This document shows, piece by piece, positions 29,536 through 39,730 of a DNA stretch of 64,000 nucleotides (its first letter is position 1; every line of letters starts with the position of its first letter). The translations under genes and the position numbers were made by a program. Under the pieces are notes generated by a model. That model was given only the letters and a program-made list of their open reading frames with translations, searched no databases and was not told where the DNA came from. Source of the DNA: a bacterium (GTDB lineage: Bacteria; UBA8248). The stretch is taken from NCBI GenBank assembly GCA_965219955.1, contig OZ244799.1, positions 2,144,001 through 2,208,000 on the forward strand, in the 5' to 3' direction.

Positions 29536-32412
29536 ATGAGCACAAGTCATCTTCAAGTCGGCAAGGGCGCGCGCGACGTCGCCTCGCTGGGCCGCCCCGA
29601 CCTGCTGGCCAAGGCGCCGCCGGCGGCGCCTGCGGGCCAACTCAACTACACGAACACGAACGGCGCCCTCACCTCCTACCCCAGCCCGGACCAATGGGAC
29701 AACTGGACGGAATACGAGAGCACCAAATGGCCGCAGAAGGTGGCGAGAAACTACGCCCTGGTCCCGACACTCTGCTTCAACTGCGAGGCGGGGTGCGGCC
29801 TTCTGGCCTACGTCGACAAGGACGACATGAAGATCAGGAAAATCGAGGGGAACCCCCTCCACCCCGCATCGCGCGGGCGCAACTGCGCGAAGGGCTGGGT
29901 GACGCTGAACCAGGTCTACGACCCCGACCGCATCTTCTATCCGCTCAAGCGGGTGGGCGAGCGCGGCGAGGGCAAGTGGGAGCGCGTAAGCTGGGACGAG
30001 GCGTTAGACGACATTGCCGGGCGCATTAGAGAGGCGATTCTGGCGGAGCGGCGAAACGGCGTCATCTACCACGTGGGACGCCCCGGCGAGGACGGCTACA
30101 TGTTCAAGACGCTCGCCGGCTGGGGCGTGGACGGCCACAACAGCCACACGAACGTGTGCAGCTCCTCCGCCCGCATCGGCCAGTTCCTCTGGAACGGGTC
30201 GGACAGGCCCTCGCCCGACTTCACCAACGCCGACGCGATTTTGCTGATCAGCAGCCATCTGGATACGGGCCACTACTACAACCCCTCGGCCCAGCGCATC
30301 ATCGAGGCGCAGACGAGCGGGGCGAAACTCATCGTGATCGACCCCAGGCTCTCCAACACGGCGGCGAAGGCCGACTACTGGCTGCCCGCCTACAGCGGCA
30401 CCGAGTCTGCGATCCTGCTCGCCATCGCGCGCTACCTGCTCGATACCGGGCAGTTCGACGCGCAGTTCGTCGAGGAGTGGATGAACTGGACCGAATACAT
30501 GCGGACCGTCCACCCCGATGAGGAGGCGAGCTTCGGGAACTTCGTCGAGAAGCTGAAAGAGGAATACGCGGAGTTCACCTTCGAGTACGCGGCGGAGGAG
30601 ACGGGCGTTTCCGCCGACTTGATCGCCGAGGTCGCACAGGTCGTCGCCCGCGCCGGAAGCCGCCTCTGCGTCCACGTCTGGCGCGCCGCCGCCACCGGCA
30701 ACCTGCACGGCTGGCAGGTTTCGCGCTGCCTGCACTTCCTGCCCTCGCTGACGGGCGCGGTGGGCACGGTGGGCGGAACCCACCTGGCGAGCACGCACAA
30801 GTTCGTGCCCAAACACCCCAACCCCGCGCCGGGACCGAAAGACTGGAACGAGCTTCTCTTCCCCCGGGAATACCCCCTCGCGTTTTTCGAGATGAGCTTC
30901 CTGATGCCCCATCTCATGAAGGACAAGGGCCACAGCGTCGACGTCTACTTCACGCGGGTCTACAACCCGGTGTGGACGAACCCCGACGGCTTCATGTGGG
31001 TGGACATGCTCAAGGACCACGACAAGATAGGCTGCCACGTGGCGCTCACCCCCACCTGGAGCGAGACGGCGTGGTTCGCGGACTACATCCTGCCGATGGG
31101 GAACGCGACGGAGCGCCACGACAACCAGAGCCAGGAGACGCACCCCACGAAATGGGTGGGCTTCCGCCAGCCCGTCCTCAGGGCGCTGCGCGAGAAGATG
31201 GGCGAGACCTTCGAGAGCTCGCGCGAGACGAACCCCGGCGAGGTGTGGGAGGAAGACGAGCTCCACATCGAGCTCTCCTGGCGCATCGACCCGGACGGCT
31301 CGCTCGGCATCCGGCAGTACTTCGAAAGCCCCTACAGGCCGGGCGAGAAGATCACGGTGAACGAATACTACCAGTGGATGTTCGAGAACGGCGTTCCGGG
31401 CCTGCCCGAGGCCGCCGAGAAGGAAGGCCTGACGCCGCTGGAATACATGCGCAAATACGGCGTCTTCGCCGTGCAGGAAAACGTGTACGAACCCCACATG
31501 CACGAACTCCCGGACGAAGCCATGCACGACGCCCACGTGGACGAGGCGACGGGCTCGGTCTGGAAAGACGGCGCGCTCATCGGCAACATGAGCAAGGGCA
31601 GGCCGAGAGAGGGCTTCCACACGCCGTCCAAGAAACTCGAGTTCTACAGCCCGACCATGGCCGCCTGGGACTGGGGCGATGAGGCCATCCCAAAATACAT
31701 GAAGACCCACGTCTACTGGCGCGATATGGAACGAGAGAACAACGAGTTCGACCTGCTGCCGAACTATCGCCTCGCCACCCTCATCCACACGCGCTCGGCC
31801 GTGAAGTGGCTTTATGAGATCACCCACAACAACCCGCTCTGGCTCCACACCGACGACGCCAAGCGCCTGGGGCTTGCCACGGGCGACCTGGCGAAAGTCG
31901 AGACTGCGATAGGCCATTTCGTGACGAGATGCTGGGTGACGGAGGGCCTGAGGCCGGGCATCGTCGCCATGGCGCACCACCTGGGCCGCTGGCGGCTGAG
32001 CGAGGAGCAGGGCGCGCCCAAGATCGCCTCCGCCGTCGTTCGCCTCGATGAGAAGGGGGACGGGGAATACACCATGCGCCAAGTGCACGGCGTCCAGCCC
32101 TTCAAGAGCGACGACCCGGATACCGAGCGCATCTGGTGGCGCGAGGTGGGCGTGAACCAGAACCTCACCTTCCCGGTCAACCCCGACCCGGTGAGCGGGA
32201 TGCACTGCTGGCACCAGAAGGTGCGGGTGACGAAGGCGGGGGCGGCGGATCGCTACGGCGACATCAGCGTCGACACGAAGAAGAGCTTCGAGCACTACAA
32301 GCAATGGCTCGAGATGACGAAGCCGGCCCCCGGCCCCGACAACCTCAGGCGTCCGCTGTGGTTCGCCCGGCCCAACAAGCCCCAGGCCGAGGCCTACACC
32401 ATCTCCGAATGA
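29536..32412 (+). CDS. Molybdopterin oxidoreductase catalytic subunit (DMSO reductase superfamily)
   Basis: CFNCEAGC...NCAKG FS0 cluster; HTNVCSSSAR with putative Cys Mo ligand; SETAWFADYILP; C-terminal molybdopterin-dinucleotide domain. Confidence 0.9.
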   Translation: MSTSHLQVGKGARDVASLGRPDLLAKAPPAAPAGQLNYTNTNGALTSYPSPDQWDNWTEYESTKWPQKVARNYALVPTLCFNCEAGCGLLAYVDKDDMKIRKIEGNPLHPASRGRNCAKGWVTLNQVYDPDRIFYPLKRVGERGEGKWERVSWDEALDDIAGRIREAILAERRNGVIYHVGRPGEDGYMFKTLAGWGVDGHNSHTNVCSSSARIGQFLWNGSDRPSPDFTNADAILLISSHLDTGHYYNPSAQRIIEAQTSGAKLIVIDPRLSNTAAKADYWLPAYSGTESAILLAIARYLLDTGQFDAQFVEEWMNWTEYMRTVHPDEEASFGNFVEKLKEEYAEFTFEYAAEETGVSADLIAEVAQVVARAGSRLCVHVWRAAATGNLHGWQVSRCLHFLPSLTGAVGTVGGTHLASTHKFVPKHPNPAPGPKDWNELLFPREYPLAFFEMSFLMPHLMKDKGHSVDVYFTRVYNPVWTNPDGFMWVDMLKDHDKIGCHVALTPTWSETAWFADYILPMGNATERHDNQSQETHPTKWVGFRQPVLRALREKMGETFESSRETNPGEVWEEDELHIELSWRIDPDGSLGIRQYFESPYRPGEKITVNEYYQWMFENGVPGLPEAAEKEGLTPLEYMRKYGVFAVQENVYEPHMHELPDEAMHDAHVDEATGSVWKDGALIGNMSKGRPREGFHTPSKKLEFYSPTMAAWDWGDEAIPKYMKTHVYWRDMERENNEFDLLPNYRLATLIHTRSAVKWLYEITHNNPLWLHTDDAKRLGLATGDLAKVETAIGHFVTRCWVTEGLRPGIVAMAHHLGRWRLSEEQGAPKIASAVVRLDEKGDGEYTMRQVHGVQPFKSDDPDTERIWWREVGVNQNLTFPVNPDPVSGMHCWHQKVRVTKAGAADRYGDISVDTKKSFEHYKQWLEMTKPAPGPDNLRRPLWFARPNKPQAEAYTISE

Positions 32413-33047
32413 GCCTCCGCTGGAAGCGCCGCGCCTCAGGCGCTGAATACGCCGAACAGGCGAGGCTCCGCGCCCAACTCTACCGGGTGCAGGCCCGTGC
32501 GATGCTCGACCCGCTCGACGCGCAACTCGCCGGGTTTTTGCGCGAGAACTACCCGTTCCTCCTCCCTGAAGGATTCGAAGCCACCGAAGCGGCCCTTCAG
32601 GAACTCCGGGTCGACTTCACGAACCTCTTCGTGCTCTCCTCCCCTCCCTACGAAGCCGCCCTGATGGATGAGAGCGGGCATCTGAACTCGAAGAGGACGG
32701 ATGCGGTCGCCGATTTCTACCGCGCGTGCGGCTACAACCCCGGACGGGGCAGCGAGGGCCTCGCCCATCCCAGCGTACTGGCGATGGACCACCTGAGCGT
32801 GGAACTCGAATTCATGGCCCGGCTCGCCACGGAAGAGGCGGACGCCTGGGAGGATGGAGACGCCGACATCGCGCGGGAAAAACTCTCCTTGAGCGCGCGG
32901 TTCATGGACGAGCACCTCATGCGCTGGATGCCCGTCTACACGTCGAGCATGGAAGAAGACGCGGAAACGCACCTCTACCGCGCACTCGCCGGATGGATAC
33001 GCGAATTCGCCTTTTCGGACAGAAAATACATCGCCGGGATACTGTGA
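32409..33047 (+). CDS. TorD/DmsD family molybdoenzyme chaperone
   Basis: PPYEA, DHLSVELEFM and FMDEHLMRW; ATGA overlap with the catalytic subunit gene. Confidence 0.9.
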   Translation: MSLRWKRRASGAEYAEQARLRAQLYRVQARAMLDPLDAQLAGFLRENYPFLLPEGFEATEAALQELRVDFTNLFVLSSPPYEAALMDESGHLNSKRTDAVADFYRACGYNPGRGSEGLAHPSVLAMDHLSVELEFMARLATEEADAWEDGDADIAREKLSLSARFMDEHLMRWMPVYTSSMEEDAETHLYRALAGWIREFAFSDRKYIAGIL

Positions 33048-33079
33048 TTAGGGTAATTATAAACTTTACTTAACAAAAC

Positions 33080-33359
33080 GCATCGTCATTTCGTTGGTGA
33101 GTATGTTCGGGAGATGGCACATATCCAAGGGATCGAATCATTCTGGTCGATGTTGAAGCGGGCGCACAAGGGCACGTTCCACAAGATCAGCCCCAAACAT
33201 TTGCAGCGTTATGTGTCGGAATTTACCGGAAAGCATAACATTCGCGACCTAGACACTATCGTTCAAATGCGGGACACCGTCGCCCGACTCGTCGGTCGCA
33301 ATCTCCTCTATCGCGACTTGATCGCGGACAACGGACTTAACAACGCGGCGCGGACATAG
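33080..33359 (+). pseudogene. IS1595-family transposase, C-terminal remnant
   Basis: HRHFVGEYVREMAHIQGIESFWSMLKRAHKGTFHKISPKHLQRYVSEF matches the HTNxIExFWSxLKR...HLQRYxxEF signature; the N-terminal part is absent. Confidence 0.85.
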
Positions 33360-33452
33360 ATTCTCGTTTCGCAACAAGGCGCGGGCAAGCGTTTCGGGGG
33401 TTGCGCCTTTCAGATCGCGTTCCGGGACTAGTACGGGGCTTCCTCTGGTCAT
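33249..33452 (-). CDS. Small hypothetical protein inside the IS1595 derivative
   Basis: 67 aa (DLKGATPETLARALLR); ATGA-coupled to the upstream passenger gene; overlaps the transposase 3' end antisense. Confidence 0.4.
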   Translation of the reverse strand: MTRGSPVLVPERDLKGATPETLARALLRNENLCPRRVVKSVVRDQVAIEEIATDESGDGVPHLNDSV

Positions 33453-33916
33453 CGGTCCGTCTCACATACGGCAGCCCCAGGGCCAATCAGCACCACCGGC
33501 ACCTGCGCCGGGTTGTTAAGCGCCGCGAGTGCCGTAGGGCATTGACATAACTTCCCCTTCGACGCAACGCAAAGCTTCTTGGGGGTGGGGGATGCAACGT
33601 ACCACAGGACGCCGATCTTGAGATTGGGAATAGCGGTAGCTCGTTTCTTCCACCACCAAGCCGCATCCGGGGCCATGATCTCGCCGAAACTTCCTATCAG
33701 CGTCCCGAGGTAGACCGCCTCACCCACTTCGCAGGATGGCGCACTGATATCCGGCAGGTGGAAAGTTCCTGATTGCGCATTGCACCAATCGAGCACTGCC
33801 GCATTCAGCGACGACAACAAGTCCGTAGCCCTCGTTGCGCTCATCGGCAACGCCAGAGCCGCAGCCAGAACCCCTGCCGCAATCGTTCGTCTTAAATTCG
33901 GTTTAGCCATCATCAT
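33449..33916 (-). CDS. Secreted Cys-rich hypothetical protein (IS passenger)
   Basis: Signal peptide MAKPNLRRTIAAGVLAAALALPMSA; six Cys in the mature part. Confidence 0.6.
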   Translation of the reverse strand: MMMAKPNLRRTIAAGVLAAALALPMSATRATDLLSSLNAAVLDWCNAQSGTFHLPDISAPSCEVGEAVYLGTLIGSFGEIMAPDAAWWWKKRATAIPNLKIGVLWYVASPTPKKLCVASKGKLCQCPTALAALNNPAQVPVVLIGPGAAVCETDR

Positions 33917-34278
33917 CCTCGAAACAGTCTGGCAAGACGATGACAGGCTTGCCGCCATTCTGTCTTGTTCGTAACATTTAACGTCGCGGGATGCGTTTTT
34001 ACCACTCAATAACACTTGTCTGCGATGTTTCGGCCAAAGCAACTCGACAACCCCGATCAAAGCAACACCTAGCCAATATCCATCCCGACGGAACAGTCCA
34101 CCTAGCGTCTACCATGCCGCCAACACCGACATCGACGAGGATAAAATACAGGTCGCGCGTTATAAACATTCAGGCATGACACTATGCCTCATCGGTTTGT
34201 CAGGTAAAGCTTATAAATCCCTTAAAGAGGCAGAGCGTCGGTTCGAGCCACGTGGGTTTCGCGCGTGAGCCGCCGGAC

Positions 34279-34671
34279 TTATGAAACTTCCTCTTGCATG
34301 GCGCGCGCCCATTTCCGGGCCTGTTTGAGGTGACGCCTGAGTTCTCGCGTCTTCTTGCTCCAGTCGCGCCACGCGGCCCTGGACGGCGGGCACGCCTTCG
34401 ACCATGCGCGGTATTTGACTAAGTTTTCCCCCGCGACCTCATCAATGCGTGTAAGTAGTTCCTGCACCCGGCCGTCCGAACCCGCCTCGCGAAAGAGATT
34501 CTCCAACATCCTGGCGCGGTTCTGAACGCCCGCGCGCAGGCCCATCTCCCCCGCCAGGGCGCGGATGCGGCTTCTGGTGAGAAAAATGCCGGAGCGGGCG
34601 GGCGTCACGAGAAATTCGGCCAACTCGTGAAGGTTCCCGCGTTCGAATGTGCGTGTGATGTCGGTGCTCAT
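34279..34671 (-). CDS. Hypothetical protein (130 aa)
   Basis: ATG at 34671 (MSTDITRTFERG...), host-like codon usage. Confidence 0.6.
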   Translation of the reverse strand: MSTDITRTFERGNLHELAEFLVTPARSGIFLTRSRIRALAGEMGLRAGVQNRARMLENLFREAGSDGRVQELLTRIDEVAGENLVKYRAWSKACPPSRAAWRDWSKKTRELRRHLKQARKWARAMQEEVS

Positions 34672-34744
34672 GGCGCGCCATATTACGCCAAAACGCGGCG
34701 GATGACACCGCCCGATGGAATCAGGCGCGAACCCGGCGGCCAGA

Positions 34745-35129
34745 GGGGTTGTTGGAAAAGTCCTGATTTCGTGATTCAGAATATGTAGCCGACCAGGGAG
34801 GGATGAAACTATACCCCTCCCTGGCAGAGCGCCAACCAATCACTCCCCCCTGGAGGGTCTGGCTTCCCGAGGGGAAAGCCAGACGATGAGCTAAGGGCGT
34901 AAGCCCGCAAGCGAATCGGTGGGGGGGATAATTCGGCTGGCGATAAAACGCATTTTACCCCCCACCGAGTCAGCCTTCGCACAAACCGCTCGGCTTCCTC
35001 GACTCCCCCTCAAGGGGGGAGTGATTCCTTTCTTCTCAGTTGCCGATGACACTCAAGGGGGAGTGGTTGTTGGCTCTCAGCAAGGAAGGAGTAGTTCGGC
35101 CGAATCCACAAGGGGTTTTTAACAGCCTC
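34745..35129. mobile_element. MITE-like cassette containing a CACTCCCCC element (34838-35026)
   Basis: Ends ggggttgttggaaaag and gtttttaacagcctc; interior nearly identical to 15859-16048. Confidence 0.75.
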
Positions 35130-35314
35130 GCCAGGGTCCGATTTGCCGGTTCCCGGGAAATCCGGCGCTCACACCCGATTCGTTTATGACAGGTCGGGCC
35201 GCTTCGTGCTATGAGGAGGAAAGGGCATGGCCCGCGCCGGGCGGCATGGACGAAAGCTGAACTTGTGGCGGGCGGCCGCCGGATTCCCGTTTCACAAGAT
35301 GGTGATTTCACCTC

Positions 35315-36151
35315 ATGGACGAACCCGTTTCGCTGGAAGAAAACGCCGATTTCGCCGTCATCCTCGTGCGCCCGAGGGGGGCCGGCAACGTGGGCGCCAT
35401 CGCGCGCGTGATGTCGCACTTCGGCCTGTCGGACCTGCGCCTCGTATCGCCCGGATGCGACGTGAAAAGCGTGGAGGCGCGCTCGATGGCGATGAGCGCG
35501 CAGCCCCTGCTGGCGCGCACGAAGCATTTCGCCAGCCTTCGCGAGGCCTCGCACGATTGCGGCTGGCTGGTGGGCACGTCGAGACGCCTCGGCAGGAAAC
35601 GGCAGCCCACCATGCGCCCGAGAGAGGATGCAGGCGCTTTGCTCGCGCGCGCTTCGGGGGTGAAGGTCGGCCTGGTGTTCGGACAGGAGGACAAGGGCCT
35701 GTTCACCGAGGAGTTGAGCCTTTGCCAGGAGAGACTCCTCATCCCCGCGCTGCCGGGCGGCGAGTCGTTCAACCTCTCCCAGGCCGTGCTGATCGTCTTG
35801 TGGGAGTTGTTCAGCCGGAACCAGCCGAACGCCCGGCCCGGAGATTCCGAAGCGAAAAGAGCAGGCGCGAACGAGCACGAACCCGCATCGCGCGAGGAGA
35901 TCGAGGGCCTGGTGGATCACCTGCTCGAATCCATGGAACAGATAGGCTTCGTCCCCCACAACGACCCGGATCGCGTGGCCCGCACGTTCCGGAAGATGCT
36001 CGACAGGCTCGGGCCGGACGAGAGGGAGGTCCGGGTGATGCGGGGCGTGCTGCGCCAGGCGATCTGGAAACTCTTGCATCCGGGAGAAAAAGACGGGCCG
36101 GAAGAGGCAGCCGTCTCGTCTCGCCTCGACCAAGAGGATGAAGAAGGCTGA
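35315..36151 (+). CDS. trmJ: tRNA (cytidine/uridine-2'-O)-methyltransferase TrmJ (SPOUT family)
   Basis: GNVGAIARVMSHFG, VFGQEDKGL and SFNLSQAV. Confidence 0.8.
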   Translation: MDEPVSLEENADFAVILVRPRGAGNVGAIARVMSHFGLSDLRLVSPGCDVKSVEARSMAMSAQPLLARTKHFASLREASHDCGWLVGTSRRLGRKRQPTMRPREDAGALLARASGVKVGLVFGQEDKGLFTEELSLCQERLLIPALPGGESFNLSQAVLIVLWELFSRNQPNARPGDSEAKRAGANEHEPASREEIEGLVDHLLESMEQIGFVPHNDPDRVARTFRKMLDRLGPDEREVRVMRGVLRQAIWKLLHPGEKDGPEEAAVSSRLDQEDEEG

Positions 36152-36185
36152 CCTCGGGCATCGCCCCGAAGGGAATCCGTAGAGC

Positions 36186-37226
36186 GTGAAACGCATGAAA
36201 CTAGACGACTTCGACTACCACCTGCCCCGGAATCTCATCGCCCGCTACCCGCCGCCGAAACGAGAAGACGCGAGGCTGCTCCACCTGTCCAGGGAGGGCG
36301 AAGCGCTCGCGCATCTCCGGGTCACCGACCTGCCGCGTTTTTTAAGTCCGGGGGATCTGGTCGTCATCAACGACACGAAGGTCAACCCGTGGCGGATTCA
36401 CGGCAGGCGGGAGAGCGGCGGCCGTGTGGAGGTCTTGCTGCTCAAGCAGCTCTCCCCGGGAAAATTCCGCGCCATGGCGCACGCCAACCGCCCGCTGCCC
36501 GAGGGGGAAAAGATCGTTTTCGACGAGGCGCACCGCGCCACGCTCGGGGACCAGGGGCTGGAAAGAGAACTCGAATTCTCCGCTTCAGACGGTCTCGACG
36601 AGTGGCTGGAAACTTTTGGAGAAATGCCGATCCCGCCCTATCTGGGGCGATGCGCCGAGGCCGTCGACAGGGAGCGCTACCAGACCGTTTTCGCCCGGAA
36701 CCCCGGCGCCGTCGCCGCGCCCACGGCGGGCCTTCACCTGAGCGAAACGCTGATCGAAGAGGTTTCGGCCACAGGCGCGCGCATCGCGAGGCTCACCCTT
36801 CACGTGGGCGCCGGGACGTTCCGGCCCGTTCGGGCGGAAAACATCGAAGAACACGAGATGGACGCGGAAAGCTATATTCTCACCGAAGAGGCGATCGCCT
36901 CGATCCATGAGGCCAGGGCGGGCGGCGGCCGCATCCTGGCCGTGGGCACGACGGTGGTCCGGGCGCTGGAATCCGCACACATCGAGGCGGCCGCCCGAGG
37001 CCACACCCTTCAGCCGGGAGAATTCAGCACCCGACTGTTCATCCGGCCGGGCTTTCGGTTTCACCTGGTGGACATGATGCTCACGAATTTCCACCTGCCG
37101 CGCTCGACCCTGCTCATGCTCGTGGCGGCGTTCGCGGGCAGGGAGAAAATCCTGGGCGCATACGCGCAGGCGATAGAGGAGGGATACCGGTTCTACAGCT
37201 ACGGGGACGCCATGCTGATAGACTAG
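36186..37226 (+). CDS. queA: S-adenosylmethionine:tRNA ribosyltransferase-isomerase
   Basis: DFDYHLP, GAVAAPTAGLH, TNFHLPRSTL and YRFYSYGDAM; start is GTG 36186 or ATG 36195. Confidence 0.95.
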   Translation: MKRMKLDDFDYHLPRNLIARYPPPKREDARLLHLSREGEALAHLRVTDLPRFLSPGDLVVINDTKVNPWRIHGRRESGGRVEVLLLKQLSPGKFRAMAHANRPLPEGEKIVFDEAHRATLGDQGLERELEFSASDGLDEWLETFGEMPIPPYLGRCAEAVDRERYQTVFARNPGAVAAPTAGLHLSETLIEEVSATGARIARLTLHVGAGTFRPVRAENIEEHEMDAESYILTEEAIASIHEARAGGGRILAVGTTVVRALESAHIEAAARGHTLQPGEFSTRLFIRPGFRFHLVDMMLTNFHLPRSTLLMLVAAFAGREKILGAYAQAIEEGYRFYSYGDAMLID

Positions 37227-37247
37227 GCGAACGAGAGACTCACCGGA

Positions 37248-37541
37248 TCAATGAAACCTCACGTCGGCGCCGTTCACCGCATCCTTGAAGTGCTTGCCCG
37301 CCTTGAAGCGCACGACGCGGCGCGCGCTGATGGGCGCTTCCTGGCCCGTCTTCGGGTTGCGGCCCACGCGAGCGTTCTTCTCCCTGACCTGAAAAGAACC
37401 GAAGCGCCTCAAAATGACGGACTCGCCATTCTGGAGGGATTCCTTGATGGTCTGGATGATCGTCTCTACCGCTTCTTCCGCCTTCACTTTGCTGAGGCCC
37501 GTATCGTCCGACACGAGGTTGATGATATCGATTTTCGTCAA
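37248..37541 (-). CDS. HU/IHF family DNA-binding protein
   Basis: LTKIDII...FGSFQVREKNARVGRNPKTG...VVRFKAG; TTG start after AGGGGAG. Confidence 0.9.
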   Translation of the reverse strand: MTKIDIINLVSDDTGLSKVKAEEAVETIIQTIKESLQNGESVILRRFGSFQVREKNARVGRNPKTGQEAPISARRVVRFKAGKHFKDAVNGADVRFH

Positions 37542-37729
37542 AGGACTCCCCCTTCTTACCCGGAGACCCGCCCTCATTCGGGATTAAACCGTGGCAGAAA
37601 ACTGAAATTTCCGACTTTAATGTTTCGCCAAAGTCCCTGTAACGTCTTGAGTTCAATCAAGTTTACCACTAGCCTTGCTGGTGAGCAACCATTGAAAAAA
37701 CAACCGGAAACCTGAAAGGTCAAAAAAAT

Positions 37730-38881
37730 ATGAAGCAACTCTCCGTACCGCCGCGTATCTCGGGTATCAAGCCCTTCCTGGTGATGGACATCATGGAGCG
37801 CGCCCATCAACTGGAGGCGCAGGGCCGCGAGGTGATCCACCTGGAGGTGGGGGAGCCCGATTTCGATACGCCCGGGGTCATCACCCGCGCCGCCGAAGCC
37901 GCCCTGCGCGCCGGCCACACCCACTACACGGCCGCCCTGGGGGTTCCCGAGCTGCGCGAGGCGATCGCGGATTTCTACAACAAAAAATACGGCGTATCCG
38001 TATCGCCCGAACGCGTGATGGTGACGAACGGCACGAGCCCGGGCCTGTTGATGCTCTTCTCGGTTCTCGTGGATGCGGGCGACGAGATCATCATTTCAGA
38101 CCCCCACTACGCCTGCTACCCGGCCTTCATCCTCTCCGCCTGCGGGAGGCCCGTGCGCGTCCCCACCCATGCGGAGCACGGCTTCGCGCTCGAGGCCGAG
38201 GCCGTCCGCGGTTTCATCACTCCGAACACCAGGGCCATCCTCATCAACTCGCCGTCCAATCCCACGGGCGCATCGCTCTCGCGCGAGGACATGGCGGCGC
38301 TCGCCGAACTGGGAAAGCCCATCATTTCGGACGAGATATACCACGGACTCAGCTACGAGGATGAGGAATACACGGCGCTCCACTTCACGGAGGATTGCTT
38401 CGTCATCAACGGTTTCTCGAAGTATTTCGCCATGACGGGCTGGCGGGTCGGCTATCTCATCGTCCCCCCCGAGTACGTCCGCCCGCTGGAGATACTGCAG
38501 CAAAACTATTTCGTCTCGCCCAATTCCTTCGTCCAGTACGCGGCAATCGCCGCTCTCGAGGACGGCGTGCCCGAGGCGGAGCGCATGCGCGGGATTTATG
38601 ACGAAAGACGCAAAATCATGCTCGCGCGCTTAGAGGACATCGGCCTCAAAATGCGCCATGAGCCGACGGGCGCGTTCTACGCCTTCGCCGATGCGCGCGC
38701 GTACGGGGCGGACAGCCTGGAACTGGCCAGGGAAATACTCGAGGCCACCGGCGTGGCCGTGGCGCCGGGGGCGGATTTCGGACCGGGGGGGGAAGGGTTC
38801 CTCCGGTTCTCCTACTGCAACTCGGTCGAAAACATCGAAGCCGGCCTCGAAAGAGTGGGGGCGTTCCTCAAGAAGCGATAA
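37730..38881 (+). CDS. Class I/II PLP-dependent aminotransferase (aspartate aminotransferase-like)
   Basis: GEPDFDTP, NSPSNPTG, SDEIY and FSKYFAMTGWRVG. Confidence 0.95.
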   Translation: MKQLSVPPRISGIKPFLVMDIMERAHQLEAQGREVIHLEVGEPDFDTPGVITRAAEAALRAGHTHYTAALGVPELREAIADFYNKKYGVSVSPERVMVTNGTSPGLLMLFSVLVDAGDEIIISDPHYACYPAFILSACGRPVRVPTHAEHGFALEAEAVRGFITPNTRAILINSPSNPTGASLSREDMAALAELGKPIISDEIYHGLSYEDEEYTALHFTEDCFVINGFSKYFAMTGWRVGYLIVPPEYVRPLEILQQNYFVSPNSFVQYAAIAALEDGVPEAERMRGIYDERRKIMLARLEDIGLKMRHEPTGAFYAFADARAYGADSLELAREILEATGVAVAPGADFGPGGEGFLRFSYCNSVENIEAGLERVGAFLKKR

Positions 38882-38900
38882 GAAAGGGAATGATGGAATG

Positions 38901-39730
38901 CACTCCCCCTTGAGGGGGTTGTTGAGAAAGTGATGATGAACGAGGATTTGACGCGACCGGGGAGGGGGGTGTAGGGGCCGCATATATGCGGCCCTTGTGG
39001 TGGGTGAAAAAACAGGGTCGCATATATGCGACCCCTACGAAAACCGCAAACCCTCCCGCCGTCATTCCGGCAATCAATGCCGACCGAGGAGGGAGGGATT
39101 GCCCGGAATCCATTTTGACTTTTTACCGGGCGGGGCGGCCACGACCTTGTTGTCGCGCGGCGTCGGGATGCGGAATGCAGGGAATTCGCCATTCGTTTTT
39201 GTGTTCTGTTCCGAACCTCCCTGCCCGGGATTCAAGACGTCCGAACGAAGAGGCGGAAGGCAAAGGCGAAAATGGATTCCGGCTTTCGCCGGAATGACGA
39301 ACAAAGCCGCAAGGGCTGTAGGGGCGGGCCTCCGTGCCCGCCCGTTGTTGGTATACGACCCGGAGACGCAGGACAGGCACAGAGGCCTGTCCCTACGGCG
39401 AACAATCTCGAAGATCGGGTAGGGGTTTTCAACAATCCCCTCAAGGGGTTTTGAAAAACCTGGGGAGAGAAAATTTTGTGTGTAGGGGTCGCATACATGC
39501 GACCCTGATTTTTTTCACCCACTACAAGGGCCGCATGTATGCGGCCCCTACAAAAACCGCAAATCCTTTCGCCGGAATGACGAACAAAGTCGCAAGGGCT
39601 GTAGGGGCGGGCCTCCGTGCCCGCCCGTTGTTGGCATACGACCCGGAGACACAGGACAGGCACGGAGGCCTGTCCCTACGGCGAACAATCTCGAAGGTCG
39701 GAGAGGGGTTTTTCAACAACCCCCTCAAGG
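38901..39730. mobile_element. Two tandem related composite MITE-like cassettes (about 38914-39440 and 39445-39724)
   Basis: Back-to-back ends around cccctcaagggg; ~155-bp near-identical direct repeat starting at 39283 and 39566. Confidence 0.8.

Larger units (their letters stand above)
33048..34225. mobile_element. Internally deleted IS1595-family element carrying passenger genes
   Basis: Imperfect 22-bp inverted ends ttagggtaattataaactttac (33048-33069) and gtaaagcttataaatcccttaa (34204-34225), 18/22 matches; transposase C-terminal fragment; visibly lower GC than the flanks. Confidence 0.75.

Noticed and set aside
30004-32304. Long antisense ORFs (766 aa here; also 40425-42128, 44063-45688 and 46791-48674)
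   Set aside because: They are shadow frames opposite well-supported genes, as expected in high-GC DNA.
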